Shown: positions 26,107 through 39,306, counted from the stretch's first letter. The stretch: DNA of 64,000 nucleotides from Octopus sinensis (GCF_006345805.1 NC_042997.1:102362001-102426000), one strand, 5' to 3'. Numbers and translations are program-made. The notes: a model not told the origin generated them from the sequence alone.

Positions 26107-26660
26107 TGACAGGAACACAGTATAAATAAATACACGGAACAAGGTGGTAACTTTAAATGTCTTTAATGCCGGTCACACGTATATATACACAAGCTGAATG
26201 ATAAATGGAAGTGGTTGATGGACATTTATTTATATATCTACATGCATCTGCGTGGGTTGTATGTTTGCTGTTAACCCTGGTGAGGACGCTCACGAACAGC
26301 GATATGTTAGAACCTGTGCAGTGTTGTCGGTGCTGCGTAGATGTTGTTGACGACGTTTGTGAGAGACATGATGGTGGTGACGAAGATGGAGGTCGCTGTA
26401 ATGTGGTCAACGGTTAGGCCTTTGAAGGTCTGGAACCAACAGACCCCGAGACTAGAAAGAGGTGAGTTTTATAGTTAACGGTAGGCTCAAATGTAGTTTA
26501 GAACAGACTGTCTCACGTGATTTATTTGAAGGCTGCGATTGGTTGGGTTGCATATTGGCGCGCGATAGAGTAAGAGACAAATTGCGCCAATACCAACCAA
26601 TCAGAGTGGTAGACACAACAGGGTCCAAAACAGCGTCCGAAGGTTAGCTGTTACCTGCTA
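26107..26660 (-). mobile_element. Possible solo LTR or promoter-bearing repeat
   Basis: Short terminal IR (TGACAGGAACA / TGTTACCTGCTA); four CCAAT boxes, CACGTG, TATAAAA (26467-26473, minus) and ATTAAA (26162-26167, minus) in LTR-like order; no clear TSD. Confidence 0.4.
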
Positions 26661-26789
26661 TGTTCGTATGTATGTATGTATGTATGTATGTATGTATGTA
26701 TGTATGTATGTATGTATGTATGTATGTATGTATGTATGTATGTATGTATGAATGTATAATAGAGAGAGGAAGTTCACTAGAGTTCGCTA

Positions 26790-27240
26790 CAAATTGTTAG
26801 ATGCTTCTGAAAAATCTAAACATTCAGTTTTCTAAAACTGAAGAAATCGTCAAGCTTATTGATCATCACGGAGTTCAGTCTTTGCCTATCCTGTGTATTA
26901 CATGTGATACCGAGGATACATTTCCCTCTATTATATATGATACACATTCCCAAACTTTTTTCCACCGCCAGAGTTACTTGGGGTTTACAGAAAGAAAGCC
27001 TTATATTACTAAGAACGTATGAGACGAGAACTATGTAAGAGTCTGGAAACAAACATAGACGTTTAAGACAAACTTATGGAAATACTTTGGACAGGCAAAA
27101 GGTTAAAATGTTTCCGAAATATAAGAATAGCTATTCAGATACTATTCACAATTGCAATTTCAGTTGTCAGCTGTGAACGATCTTTCAGCAAGTTGAAATT
27201 AATCTTATCATACTTGAGCGTTTCAATGATTCAAGACTAT
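26790..27240 (+). pseudogene. hAT transposase remnant (C-terminal dimerization domain)
   Basis: About 27120-27240 translates IRIAIQILFTIAISVVSCERSFSKLKLILSYL, the S.ERSFSKLK hAT motif. 5' boundary approximate. Confidence 0.75.
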
Positions 27241-27343
27241 TGGCTTTAAGCTTTACTCAGAATTGAACGTAAAAAAAGTGAAAACAATTTTTTGTATTGC
27301 TATACTTGTAAGTATATCAATAATCATTTTATATACATTTTGT

Positions 27344-28560
27344 TGGCGTGGCTGTATGATAAGAAGCTTGCTTCTCAACCATGATTCCGCGTTCAGTCCC
27401 ACTGTACGGCACCTCGGGTAAGTGTCTTCTATTATAGCCTCACCGACCAAAGCCTTGTGCATGGATTTGATAGACGGGAACTGAAAGAAGCCCATCGTAT
27501 ATATATATACACAAGCTGAATTACCCAGTAATACATGGAAAAGCACGGGTTATTTCCAGTTCCTATTCCTATTACACTGTTTCATGTTCTATCCCGTTCC
27601 CATTTTAGTTCCGCTCCCATTCCTATCCACAATCCTACGTCAATATATAAATTTTAGAATCAATTAGGTGTAATTAAGCCATTAAATATTTTATTAATCT
27701 TTATGGTAATAGTTTATTGCTAAAAATAAGTATTACAAACTATTAGTACGATTAGTGGATGAATAAGGGATGTTCCTGTATTATTTTAACAAACGAATAT
27801 GCATCTGAGTAAAATTAATGAGTTGACCAGTAATTCTGGGAAAGCGGAGGTTATCCCCAGTTCCCGTTTACCATTACACTGTTCCATGTCCTGTTCAGTT
27901 CCCGTCTTTATGCCCAACCCGTCGATTATGTTAATAGCTTATTGCTAAAAATAGGTATTACAAACTATCAATTCGATTACTGGGTAAATAAGGAATGTCC
28001 CTATATCATTTTAACAAACTAATATATATTTGAGTAAAATAAATTAGATAAATAGATTTACAAATACATAGACAAATAGTCTGCATATTGTAGCTGGCGT
28101 TATCGCGTGTCGTAGCTTATCGTAGCTGATTTGTAAACATTTGCTACAGCCCCGCTCCCTAGAGGGTCCATTATAGATTTTTATTGAAATCCAATTAGCC
28201 TATTATTGAACTGGATGTTAGTGTAACATGTATGCTAAAGTTTAGTGAATATTGGTTCGGTGTTTTAAGCACTAAGATTATAACAGACAGTCAGCCACGT
28301 AGAAATTGCCATTTATATATATAGATGTGTGTGTGTGTGTGTGTGTGTGTGTAACTTTGTGTCTGTGTTTATCCCCCACGACCACTTGACAACCGGTGTT
28401 GATGTGTTTACGTCCCCATAATTTAGCTGTTCGACAAAAGAGACCGAGAGAATAAGAGCTAGGCTTACAAAGAATAAATCCTGCGGTCGATTTCTTCGAC
28501 TAAAATCCTTTAAGGTGGTGCTCCAGCAAGGCCACAATCAAATGACTGAAACAAATTAAA
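27344..28560 (+). mobile_element. CORE-like tRNA SINE (family B) split by a Helitron insertion
   Basis: Head (GGCGTGGCTGTATG..GTTCAGTCCC..CCTCGGGTAAGTGTCTT) at 27344-27510 and 3' half at 28326-28560; collinear with the intact copy at 52851-53250. Confidence 0.75.
27512..28325 (-). mobile_element. Non-autonomous Helitron-like element
   Basis: Minus strand begins TCTATATATATAAA and ends with a short hairpin plus CTTG; no TSD; internal ~300-bp tandem repeat (~27545-27840 and 27845-28040). Confidence 0.6.
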
Positions 28561-28746
28561 GAATGCATTATATATAACTGCCTTTCGTTTACCATACAAT
28601 AAACTACTAAAAAATTACTCCGATGAAGTTTGAGCAACATAACAGGAATCAGCTATTGCAGAATTATAAAGCACAACAGCTTTGTGGGCACCATTTTTGA
28701 TTTACACCTGTATATTTAAGCCTGGTTCTGTGAGTCAGTATAATGA

Positions 28747-28787
<41 letters not shown>

Positions 28788-29229
28788 TGTGTGTGTGTAT
28801 GTGTGTGTGTGTGTGTGTGTGGTGTGTGTGTGTGTAACTTTGTGTCTGTGTTATCCCCCACGACCACTTGACAACCGGTGTTGATGTGTTTACGTCCCCA
28901 TAATTTAGCTGTTCGACAAAAGAGACCGAGAGAATAAGAGCTAGGCTTACAAAGAATAAATCCTGCGGTCGATTTCTTCGACTAAAATCCTTTAAGGTGG
29001 TGCTCCAGCAAGGCCACAATCAAATGACTGAAACAAATTAAAGAATGCATTATATATAACTGCCTTTCGTTTACCATACAATAAACTACTAAAAAATTAC
29101 TCCGATGAAGTTTGAGCAACATAACAGGAATCAGCTATTGCAGAATTATAAAGCACAACAGCTTTGTGGGCACCATTTTTGATTTACACCTGTATATTTA
29201 AGCCTGGTTCTGTGAGTCAGTATAATGAA

Positions 29230-29230
<1 letters not shown>
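28351..29230. repeat. Near-perfect tandem duplication (period ~483 bp) bounded by (TG)n tracts
   Basis: 28351-28748 equals 28834-29230 apart from a 1-bp homopolymer indel. Confidence 0.9.
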
Positions 29231-29266
<36 letters not shown>

Positions 29267-29289
29267 GTATGTGTGTGTATGTGTGTGTG

Positions 29290-29329
<40 letters not shown>

Positions 29330-29499
29330 CGTGTTACATGTTTCCCATAACATAATGACTAGCTAGTTAGTATCTAACTCAATGCTTCTAAAGCCATTAA
29401 TTTCCTGATATACTATTACTAATAACCAATTAAAACTCTCATCTATATCCAATTAAATATACTGTGTGTGTGTTTTCAGGCATAGTTCTTTTATTCTTT

Positions 29500-29890
29500 T
29501 ATTTTTTTTACTTGTTTCAGATATTTTACTACGGCCCATGCTAGGGCACTGCATTGAAGGGTTTTAGTCGAACAAATCGAACCCAGGACTTACGTTTTAA
29601 TCCAAGTACTTATTCTATCTCTCTCTTTTAGTGAACTGCTAAGTTACGGGGACGTAAGCACACCAACACTGGTTGTCAAGCGGTTATGGGGAACAAACAC
29701 AGACGCAAAGACACAGACACATAGATATATACATATATATACGACGGACTTCTTTCAGTTTCTGTCTACCAAATCCACTCACAAGGCTTTAGTCGCCTGA
29801 GGCTATAGTAGAAGATACTTACCCAAAGTGCCATGCAATGGGACTGAACCCGGAGCCATATGGTTGAGAAGCTAGCTTCTTACCACAGAC
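29500..29890 (-). mobile_element. CORE-like tRNA SINE, family B
   Basis: Reverse complement of the 52851-53250 family; further copies near 39480-39650, 51020-51170, 61160-61450 and 63090-63420. Confidence 0.8.
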
Positions 29891-29964
29891 TGTGCGATGA
29901 AAGTTACATATCCAAAATTTCGACATAACTGTCAGCCTTTTCATTGAAATATCTATCTATTTAT

Positions 29965-30035
<71 letters not shown>

Positions 30036-31542
30036 CGTTTATCTGTCTGTCTATCTATCTGTCTGTCTATCTATTTGTCTGTCTGTCTGTTTGTCTGTCT
30101 GTCTCTCTGTTTATATATTTATCTAACTGTCTAGCTATTTATCTACAAATACACACACACTCACACATTCACGCACACTCACACTCAAACTTTATTTCTA
30201 GTGCCAGTGGTTTTATACTACAGGTTAACCTGCAAAGCCCGCTAGCATGAAACTCCTGGTACTAGAAATTTAATGTAAATTCCGTTAAAGAATTCATTGT
30301 ATTAAATACTCTTTCTTTCAGCTCATTATCAACGCACGCGTACGCCTCTATGTGTATCATCATCATATCTGATCAATATTAAAGACTGGCTTCAGGTGAT
30401 GAGCTAGCAGAATTGCTACCGCGTCGGGCAAAAGCCATAGCGGCATTTCATCCATTTTTATGTTCTGAGATAAAATTCCGCCGAGGTCGACTTTGCCTTA
30501 CATCTTTTCGGGGTCAGTAAAATAAGTACCAGTTGTGCACTAGGCTCGAAGTAATCGATTTACGCTCTCCCACCAAATTACTGGTTTTGTGCCAAAATTT
30601 GAAACCTGTATTAAAGATAAGCTTTAATTTAAATCGCCTTTTTATTTTCGTTTCTGTAACTTTAACACAGTAGAATAGATAAAACCTGGATAGTTGACTT
30701 ATGGATACTTTCTACTAACATTTCTAAACAATTCTACCACTTACAAAATGTTTGTGATTGAGCCTCACTGAAACAGATATAGTGATTCAAGAAGTTTGAA
30801 CACTTCGCTGAAACTTACAATCATAGGAAACAGCGAAGGTTGATAGATTTTGAGATACAATATAGACTAATATTTTGGGCGACGAGGGACACCGCCGAAA
30901 ATAGATTTAACTTCATTTCTCACTACAGTAGCTCATATCACTTTTGCTTTTACTTCTGACCTGATTCATAGACAGTCATTAACACACTAATTACTTTCCT
31001 AATTTATAATCATTAGGTTTTTCCCCCCATCCCGCTTTGTACCAACTTTGATTTTATGACTATAAATTATTAATACGTCTGATAAAGGAATCATTTATGA
31101 GAAAAGAAACGTATGAGGTAAAAACTGAGGCAGAAAACATAAGCCGCTATTTTGCCAAATATTCTGTTGCATCGTTTTAACATTCAGAGGATTTATTTAC
31201 CCTATTTAGTTCTTCCATAAAAATAACCAGTGTTCTTGGTGTAAAAGAAGGAAATTTATTTTTTAAATAAAAGAAACATTTGTTATAATACCAGCGGTAA
31301 ACGCCGCGTAGTTGCGAGTAAACTCCAGAGTTAATGTCATGACTGGTGGTAATTTCATTTGAAGTCTGCTTAGACCAGCCATAGGAAAACTGTCACCTGC
31401 GGGACTTTCTAAACGATAAGCCTAACGAAAAATTACCTTGAATTGTTTTAATAGTGTGGTCCGCCCGATGAGTCATGTCTCGTGCGGCCCGCTTCCCAAA
31501 AAAGGTTGCCCGTGCATGACTTGAAGTATTATCACTATAACC

Positions 31543-31785
31543 CAGGGGTCGGCGAACCGGAATAAATTACTCTAAGCGGGGTAAAAACGAAATTATTGGG
31601 GTATGAAGACTCATAAGACATAAGTAAACTTACGTAAAAAACGTGTTCCTTGTTACGACAGAAATGTAAATAGATTCATATAAATTCAAAGAATCTATGA
31701 TTTTTTTCCTTTCAAATCAAGGGGTAACGTCGGCGTAAATAAATATATTTGGGGGTAATTGGTTAAAAAAGTTCCCCGACCCCTG
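31543..31785. mobile_element. hAT (Charlie-like) MITE
   Basis: TIRs CAGGGGTCGGCGAAC / GTTCCCCGACCCCTG; degenerate 8-bp TSD CTATAACC / CTCTAACT. Confidence 0.75.
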
Positions 31786-33880
31786 CTCTAACTATTCACA
31801 TACAAAGCTACGAGCCAACTAGAGAGTTTCTATGAAGTCACTCGATCTACTACAATCAGCAACCAAATCTCCCGCAAACCATGCTAATCTTATTAATAAG
31901 ACCAGGACACATTAGATAATTTAGCCCAACATGTCCTTAATTAGACCGGATAGTCACTGTTGGGTTGTTTCTGACCAAAGGTCTGCTCCTGGGAACTAAA
32001 CAACAGCAACCACAAACCATGAAGTTTGCATGTTTAATAACTCGTTAACGGATATCTATATATAAAACTGAGAATATGTCAGTGTGTGTGAATCCCTAAA
32101 ACTCGGGAAGTATCCAACCGATTTCATTCAAATTTTACTCATGCATTACTTAGGGTCCAAGGAATGTCATGAATCAAAGAAATTTTCAACTTCTTGCCTA
32201 ATTCGGGCCCAGAGCAATCTTTTTAACTGGTTCGGTATTACGTGTAAAAAGTGAATATTGCTTCACTTTTATTCTTTTACTTTTAATTCCAATGTGATAA
32301 CACTATGTCCAAAGTATATAAAAATACACATTTACCATTCAATTACTACTTAATAATTATCGCAGCAGTTGCAAGGTTGCAAGGTATTTATAGGTATTTA
32401 ATATTAACCTTTAAATTAACATTTAACACATGTGCTTAATATATATATACATGTACGGACTGTTAATTTAACGGTAAATGACACAATAATTATTATAGAT
32501 AAATTTCTTAATCTATTTATTTATAATTCTTTATCGCTCTGTATATCTGTCTGTTCCTAATGCATTCTCAAACAGCTCCATCAAATCAAATCAAATTTTA
32601 CAAGGTAATAGTATCATACCCCATGAGTGTCAACGTGTAATTTTTTTTCATTTCGATTAAAACAAATATAACATTTTATAGAGATAATCTTTCTGTAGTC
32701 AAATATAGTACAGTACATTTTATACCACGACGACACCGTCACAATTTGTATATGAGTATGTATGTGTCTGTCAGTGTATGTGTGTGAGTGTATGAATGTG
32801 TATGTGTCTGTCAGTATGCGTGTGTTTCCGCGTTCGATGACAAAGTCACATTTTGTATAAGAGTCTCTATGTGTCTGTGAGTGTATGTGTGTGACTGTAT
32901 GAGTGTGCATGTGCGTGAGTGTGTTTCCGCGTTAGGGATGTTATTCAACATATACACACACATCTAGATATACATGTATATATGTGACGTCTGACATGAG
33001 TGAATGTATGTCTGTGTGTCTCTCTCTTACTATATTGTATTACAGCCCACAACTATCAATATGTAATTTTCATTTCCATTAAAACAATGTAACATTTCAT
33101 AGACATAGTACCGGACATTTTATATAGAGCAGGACATTTTATATCAGTGTGTATGTGTGTTTGCGAGTTCGATATTCACGAGATAGTAAAGGACATCTTA
33201 TACCACGACGACAACGACGTCACGTTTTGTATATGAGTGTATATATCTGTGAGTGTATTGTGTGGGTGTATGAGTCTCTGAGACTGTATGTGTTTCTGCG
33301 TTGGATACATTATTAAACATACACACATCTACACATTCGTGAATGTACGTTTGTATGTATCTCTCTTCCTATATGTATGCGACTGTATGTGAGAGTGTAC
33401 GTGTGTGTATCATCACATTTTGTATATGAATGTGTATGTGTCTTTGAGTGTGTAGGTGTTTGCGCGTTCGTGACGCACGTTATTAAACACACACATCTAC
33501 ACATACATATACATATATGACGAGAACGGCTGGAAGCGAAACTCTTGAGAAAAAAAACAATTAGATAGCACGTCCAAGGTATATTGAAATACACATCTAC
33601 CGTTCAAGTACCAGTTCATAATTATCACAGCAGTTTCAAGGTTGCAAGGTATTTACAATTTGCTTATATTTGGTTTACACTGCATACAAAAATACAGACA
33701 TACTACATACATACCACTACTTACAAAAATACAGATTAATGTATATTTTTTCATATTTTCATAATTTTTTGTTTACAATATTGAAAAAAAAATATGCCAC
33801 CAAAAAAAAAACACCTATCAAGCAAGGAGGATTGCAGAAAACCAAAGGCAAGTGTCTCAAGAAATAAGCACGTCAGATAG

Positions 33881-34330
33881 AGTCTCAAGATAGAAGGGAG
33901 ACGAGACTTTCTCAAGATCAACAAAGGCATACTGCAGCACGTCAAATAGAGTCTCAAGAGAGAAGGGAGATGAGACTTTCTCAAAATCAGCAAAGGCATG
34001 CTGCAGCGCGTCAGCTTCAAGAGAGAAGGGAGATGACACTTTCCCAAGATCATCAAAGGCATGTTGCAGTAAGCCGAATGAAGTCTCAAGAGAAAAGGGA
34101 GATGAGACTTTCCCAAGATCAGCAAAGGCATGCTGCAGCACTTAATGCTGAACCATTAAAACAATGTTTACCACACCAGATTACACAGAGATCCAATAGA
34201 ATAACTTTCAGAAACAGACCACGTACAAATTCGTTCTTCACAACTCCTGGAGCTGCTTTCAGATATGATCCATCCCATTCTCATAAAAATTATAATTCTG
34301 TTCAAATTGGTGCGTTAAACTCAAATTGTC
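33881..34330 (+). pseudogene. RepHel N-terminal fragment with STPR-like 23-aa repeats
   Basis: About four 66-69-bp units encoding ESQE(K/R)REMRLSQDQQRHAAAR; the start is frameshifted and no Rep or helicase domain follows. Confidence 0.65.
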
Positions 34331-34540
34331 TTCAAAGCTTTAAAATTTACTCCACAATGCTTTGTCGTCAATGCTGCACTTTCTCGTATCACCTGTTTCA
34401 ACATACCTGTATATATAAAAATATATATATATATATATAGTTAATCCAAACATGAAAGCACCAAGAGAAAACACAACAACGCGAGGACGTGGAACAAATA
34501 TAGTATTATTGGACGCTCAGGAAGGAAGGGAAGAAGGAGA

Positions 34541-34575
34541 GTTTTATGTTTCGAGTGGAGCTCTTCGTCAGAAAC
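34541..34575 (-). ncRNA. Degenerate minimal hammerhead-ribozyme-like motif in a Penelope-like short element (~34441-34643)
   Basis: Minus strand GUUU-CUGACGA-A-GAG(CUCCA)CUC-GAAA-CAUA|AAAC; helix I GUUU/AAAC; flanked by (TA)n and (CA)n; shares the GTATTA..TGG.CGCTCAGGA block with the 14-kb element. Confidence 0.55.
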
Positions 34576-34641
34576 ATAGGAAAAGGAAAGATCCAGAGAA
34601 GAGAAGACGGAGGAAAAAAATTGCCAACGGTACACGCGTGG

Positions 34642-34738
<97 letters not shown>

Positions 34739-36299
34739 GTTATTTTAATCCCGAGCAACACCGGGTATCTTATAAAAACCAAGTATATTATAAAAACCAT
34801 CCAATTGACACTTTATGACATAAATGAAATATTGACACAAAGTCAATCAATTCACTGGATAACTTCCTACTGTGCACACTCATACACTTCAGAACAGCTA
34901 AGCGTTCGTATTCCTCTCACAACCAAAGTTTATGATACCTAAACTTCTGAGATTGTAACAGCAGAAGAGGAAACCCTGGACAACTGAACCGCTAGTTTAA
35001 TCTACAATTATAGTAATGGCAGTATTTACAGCCACCGTCTGCGAATAGTGAACGTTACCATTTTACTAAAGATAAGTACACATGAACCAATTACTTTCAG
35101 TGAAAAGCAGATATACGAGTAAGTAGGACAGACTTGTTTCTTTTCTTTCGCAGTAAATTAGCTTCATTGCAATTTTTGCATTATGCAGTCTAGAAAAATG
35201 TTCTCTTATCATGATATGTTGATTCGGTTTCATGCCAGTTTCCTTGAAATCCAAGTCTAGTTTTAAAATGAACTGCCTTTAGAAGTGTCGAACTGCTATT
35301 CGGGAGGACGGTTGGTCAGGAGCTCAACTCTCCTCTTTCGTGGCCCAACACTCTTTTGCAATATATATTGCTCACAAGTAATTTATGTGAATTTGCTGCC
35401 ATTTTAAAACACGATGCAGCAAGAATACAAAAGTAACTGAGAGTGTGGTAGACTGCAGATATTCTCCAATTTGTAGCAGATACAGTTCATGTGGCTCCGA
35501 TACCCGTTCTACGTTGTCCATAACAGACTTCTATGTTAATCAAATGGTAATACACTATATTGTTCAGCACAAACAGAACCCATAGGTTCTCTTTGTTCTT
35601 AACAATGAAATGAATTGCAATTTACGTAATGTAGAATTTTTCTAGAGATTGATGTTAATCATGCGTATAAAAAATCTTCGCAGCTTATTATATCTCAAGA
35701 TAAATGTTGCAGCTTAGCATAAAAATATGTCATTCAAAACAATTTCAACAACCTGAAAGCTGGAGGATTAACAATAAAGCTCGTGAAGCATTCGGGTTGT
35801 GATTTTTAAACTGTTTGAACCTTGCAATTTGAACTCTAGAAGCAATAATTTTAGCCAGATCATCAACATACACTCGGCAGACAATTGACCAATTTATACA
35901 AATTTATGAACATGTACAAGACATATTCTATATGGATGAAATAGGTTGTACTATATAATAGAATCCAAGTATCATCGTATATGAAAGAGGGATTAAGGAA
36001 GTTGTTTCTATAACATCGGGCGGAAGAGATGGCTTATAATAGTAGTTTATTACAATAAACATGAGTTTATTGCAGTTCATTGCAATTGGCGAGAGTATTG
36101 CTACTTCGTGTTCAGATTGCTGTAAGCAGGGCCTTAGAAATAAATCAGGCAATGGCAGAACAAGACAGCATTCGGGCCTTAAGGCAGAGGACCCCTCAAT
36201 ATGAAAATGAACTTTGATGAGAGGAACTCAGTAAAAAGCCACGGACCCCTCCTTGGCTCTCCGAGTCCCATATTGATACACTGCCTACCAATCAAACAC

Positions 36300-36660
36300 G
36301 AAGAACATTTCATAGGAGATGTCTAGTGTGATCCACAGGAACTGTTGCCAGATCAGTGTGGACAAATGAGGAATTGTTTATACAATACGTGCATCACTTC
36401 ATACATCACTTACATTACTTATTCTTCCACAATATTTTGTTTATCATGGATGACGGCAAGTCATATGCAACACTAGAGGCAATAGACAAAGCAAAAGCAA
36501 GTGATGTCGTTCTTTCGACAATTCCACCGAACACTAGTCACACACTTTAACAATGGCAGAACAGTATATTATCTATACCAGAAAGTATATCTACTGTTTC
36601 TGTCTATGACATCCTTGTTCGGGTGAATGAAGTCTGGCAGCTTACCTCTACAACAGTGCA
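36300..36660 (+). pseudogene. pogo/Tigger-type DDE transposase remnant
   Basis: WTNEELFIQYVHHF...ILFIMDD.KS...LSTIPPNTSHTL matches DDE_1 motifs (LLILDGH.SH; LPPHTSH.LQP). Confidence 0.7.
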
Positions 36661-36824
36661 TGACTTTTGTTCCTTACCCAACATAACAATATCAGGTCTT
36701 ATGTTTTCACCGAATAGTTGTTTTCATTGGACTGTTCCACCAGTAAGGTGCGAATACATGCTGGTTCTGACATGCCTTTGATGTATACGTCAGAGCAATC
36801 CTTTTCGTGGATAGCGTTGTAGTA

Positions 36825-37024
36825 CAGGGTGTTCAAAAAGTCGCTCCGCAGTGATTTTTTCCCCATCCTGATGTATTTCTAAACATGTGTAAAAGAGTTA
36901 ACTTATGTATTGAAAATGAAGGACAACACTTTCAACATCTCTTATAAAGTTTTTTTAAAGTCTTGTAAAGTTTAATATATTCATTTGTAATCTTATACTG
37001 CGGAGAGACTTTTTGAACACCTTA
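36825..37024 (+). mobile_element. Tc1/mariner deletion-derivative MITE
   Basis: TA flanks; TIRs CAGGGTGTTCAAAAAGTC.CTCCGCAGT and its reverse complement; internal transposase C-terminus KRVNLCIENEGQHFQHLL*. Confidence 0.85.
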
Positions 37025-37229
37025 TATTTGCGTCTATATTATGTCCGTTACGTTCTAAGTTCAAATTCCGCCGAGGTCGACTTTGCCTTTCATCCTTTAG
37101 GGGTCGATAAATAAAGTACCAGTTTCGCACTGGGGTCGATGTAATCGACTGAATCCCTTTTGCTGTCCTTGTTTGTCCCCTCTATGTTTAGCCCCTTGTG
37201 GGCAATGAAAAAATATATATTATGTCCCA

Positions 37230-38880
37230 AGGGCCAGTAGTATTTTGTAGATATTTTAGGGCAGCTGCTGTTGAACTGGGTGATATCTTCTACACTGGTA
37301 CAGTAGAGCCAACATTCTTTATAACAACATGGAGGTTTGGTGATATCTTTATCTCCCTAGTTCATCAGGTATTTAGTAGCGATCTCCTGTTCCTGGATAG
37401 CGAGAACATATCCTTCTAGTTGGCATGTAATGTATCTATCACAGGTCCAGGAGAGGCTACTCTTCCTGTCAATGCGGTTATTATCTCCTAGCTGACAGGA
37501 TATGTACCCATGCATTTCTCTTTGCTGGCATGATGCCTACTTCACCTCCAAGCTTCTGTTTAGGTAGGCCAGTTCAGCCTCCTTTGGGTCGCATGAGACA
37601 GTTGTATTCTTAGAGTACCGACTCAGTAATTTTTCAACTCTGAAGATGTAGCTCTCACTTTCGAGTATGCATTGAAAGTACTCATTTCTTTCTTTACTGT
37701 TCAGCAAATGTTGCCTGACTGATACAATACGACATTCAAAGGCTGTTTGGAATGATCTTATACCTCTACCGCCATCGTTTCGTTTCACAGATTCTATCGG
37801 TGTCGCTGTTTATGTGGAAGTTGCCAGTGGTGACCAGTACCTTTCTAGTTTTATTGTCCAGGATACATATCTCGTCGAGTGTCCAGGCCAATATCCCAAG
37901 TGTTGGTACTAACACTGGCATTGCAAAAACGTGATATATGGTCTTGTTAAGTGCAGACAGCCCTAGTTCCATATTTTTCGGAGTCTATTGAAGTTCTATT
38001 TTGTTATTCTGGCTTCAGTCACAGCACCGACGTAGGCAACATTCTCATCGGTTTCGAGAAACTCGTAGTTTTCATTATTAGAGATAGGGAAGATAGTCAA
38101 GCTACTGATGTACATGTTCTCAATTTGGTCGACTGCCATACATAACAGTCGGTTGACTGTCATGTATGAGCATTTATCTTGCCCAAACTCCACCCCTATG
38201 TTTTGTGAGGATGTGTGACTAATTCTAAATGTCTCTTGAAGTTGCTCATGTTACCAGAATATAACTTTAGGTCATCAATAAAAAATGTGTGAGTAACATT
38301 AATGCTATTCTTTTCTGCATACCGCAGCTTGTAGCCTTAGCATTTTGACAATGGGGATGGCAAGGAGTTCACAACCAGTACAAACGTTACAGATAAAATA
38401 TTATCCTGGAATATGCCTTTTGATTGCTTACTTCTGTTTGTAACAACAAGTGTTGCTTTAGTAGTTGTCAGTGATAACTGTGTGGACCATATTGTGGTCA
38501 ATCTTTCAATAACATTCACTTATAGCTGTTGGTACTCTGGCAGGGCATAGTAATTTTATAATCCTCTTATAAGCTAGCCACATTGTTAAGAGATTACGAT
38601 ATTGTTACTTGGCTTCCTTAAGGACAGCTTTGTTGAGGAGCTGTTCAGCACAACCCTAGATTCATTTCTTTCTTCCTGCCTGTTCACCAGTTATTACACC
38701 ATTTATTTGGCAGTGGTCTTAGAGAAACATATTCGGACAACCTGTGCACAGTCTGTACATAATATTCAAGCATGCTATAAGCCTATAGTTTTTGATCGAA
38801 TGTGGTCTTTTTGTTCTTGGGGAAAGGGGTAGTCCGTGCAATCGTCAGCCAATCTAGCATGTCTAACTCAACGTCCATTG
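37230..38880 (-). pseudogene. Degenerate R4/Dong-clade non-LTR retrotransposon RT region
   Basis: Minus-strand motifs THIF.IDDLKLY, EFGQDKC, NKT..VFAMPVL...GILAW..LDNKTRKVL and GGRGIRS; many frameshifts. Confidence 0.75.
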
Positions 38881-39306
38881 TGTTTTTAAAGTGTCATAAG
38901 ACGTCTGCCGCTACGTTCTGAGTTCAAATTCCGCCGAGGTCGACTTTGCCTTTCATCCTTTCGGGGTCGATTAAATAAGTACCAGTTACGCACTGGGGTC
39001 GATATAATCGACTTAATCCGTTTGTCAGTCTTTGTGGGTAGTAAAGAAATAGATATATATTTTACTTTTGATTATTGCTACAGTATTTTCAAAAAGGGTT
39101 GTTTCTTCGCATTTATTCAAAGATAACCATTTCTTTTACCAGACTTGTGTCAATGGCAAAACTTTTAGAGAGGGTAGTATTCATTATCTGGAAGAATGAA
39201 TAGACCTTTATGCCAACAAGTCTGTATTCGACGTCATGTTGTAGTGTAATTTCCTTTGTCGGGATATTGCCCACCAGCTTTATAGCTTCAAAGACGTGTA
39301 CAATAA

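Larger units (their letters stand above)
32055..34770 (+). mobile_element. Helitron, defective, with RepHel N-terminal remnant
   Basis: 5' end A|TCTATATATAAAA; 3' hairpin CCCGAGCAACACCGGG (34750-34765); ORF remnant with 23-aa repeats followed by AAFRYDP...VQIGALNSNC, typical of RepHel N-termini. Confidence 0.7.

Noticed and set aside
26205-26417. 70-aa ORF with a hydrophobic N-terminus and Cys residues (toxin-like appearance)
   Set aside because: It lies inside the LTR-like repeat, on the opposite strand to its promoter signals; no conserved Cys framework recognised.
33881-34140. Regularly spaced repeats resembling a CRISPR array
   Set aside because: The whole units are homologous, in-frame coding repeats with no unique spacers; eukaryotic context and no cas genes.
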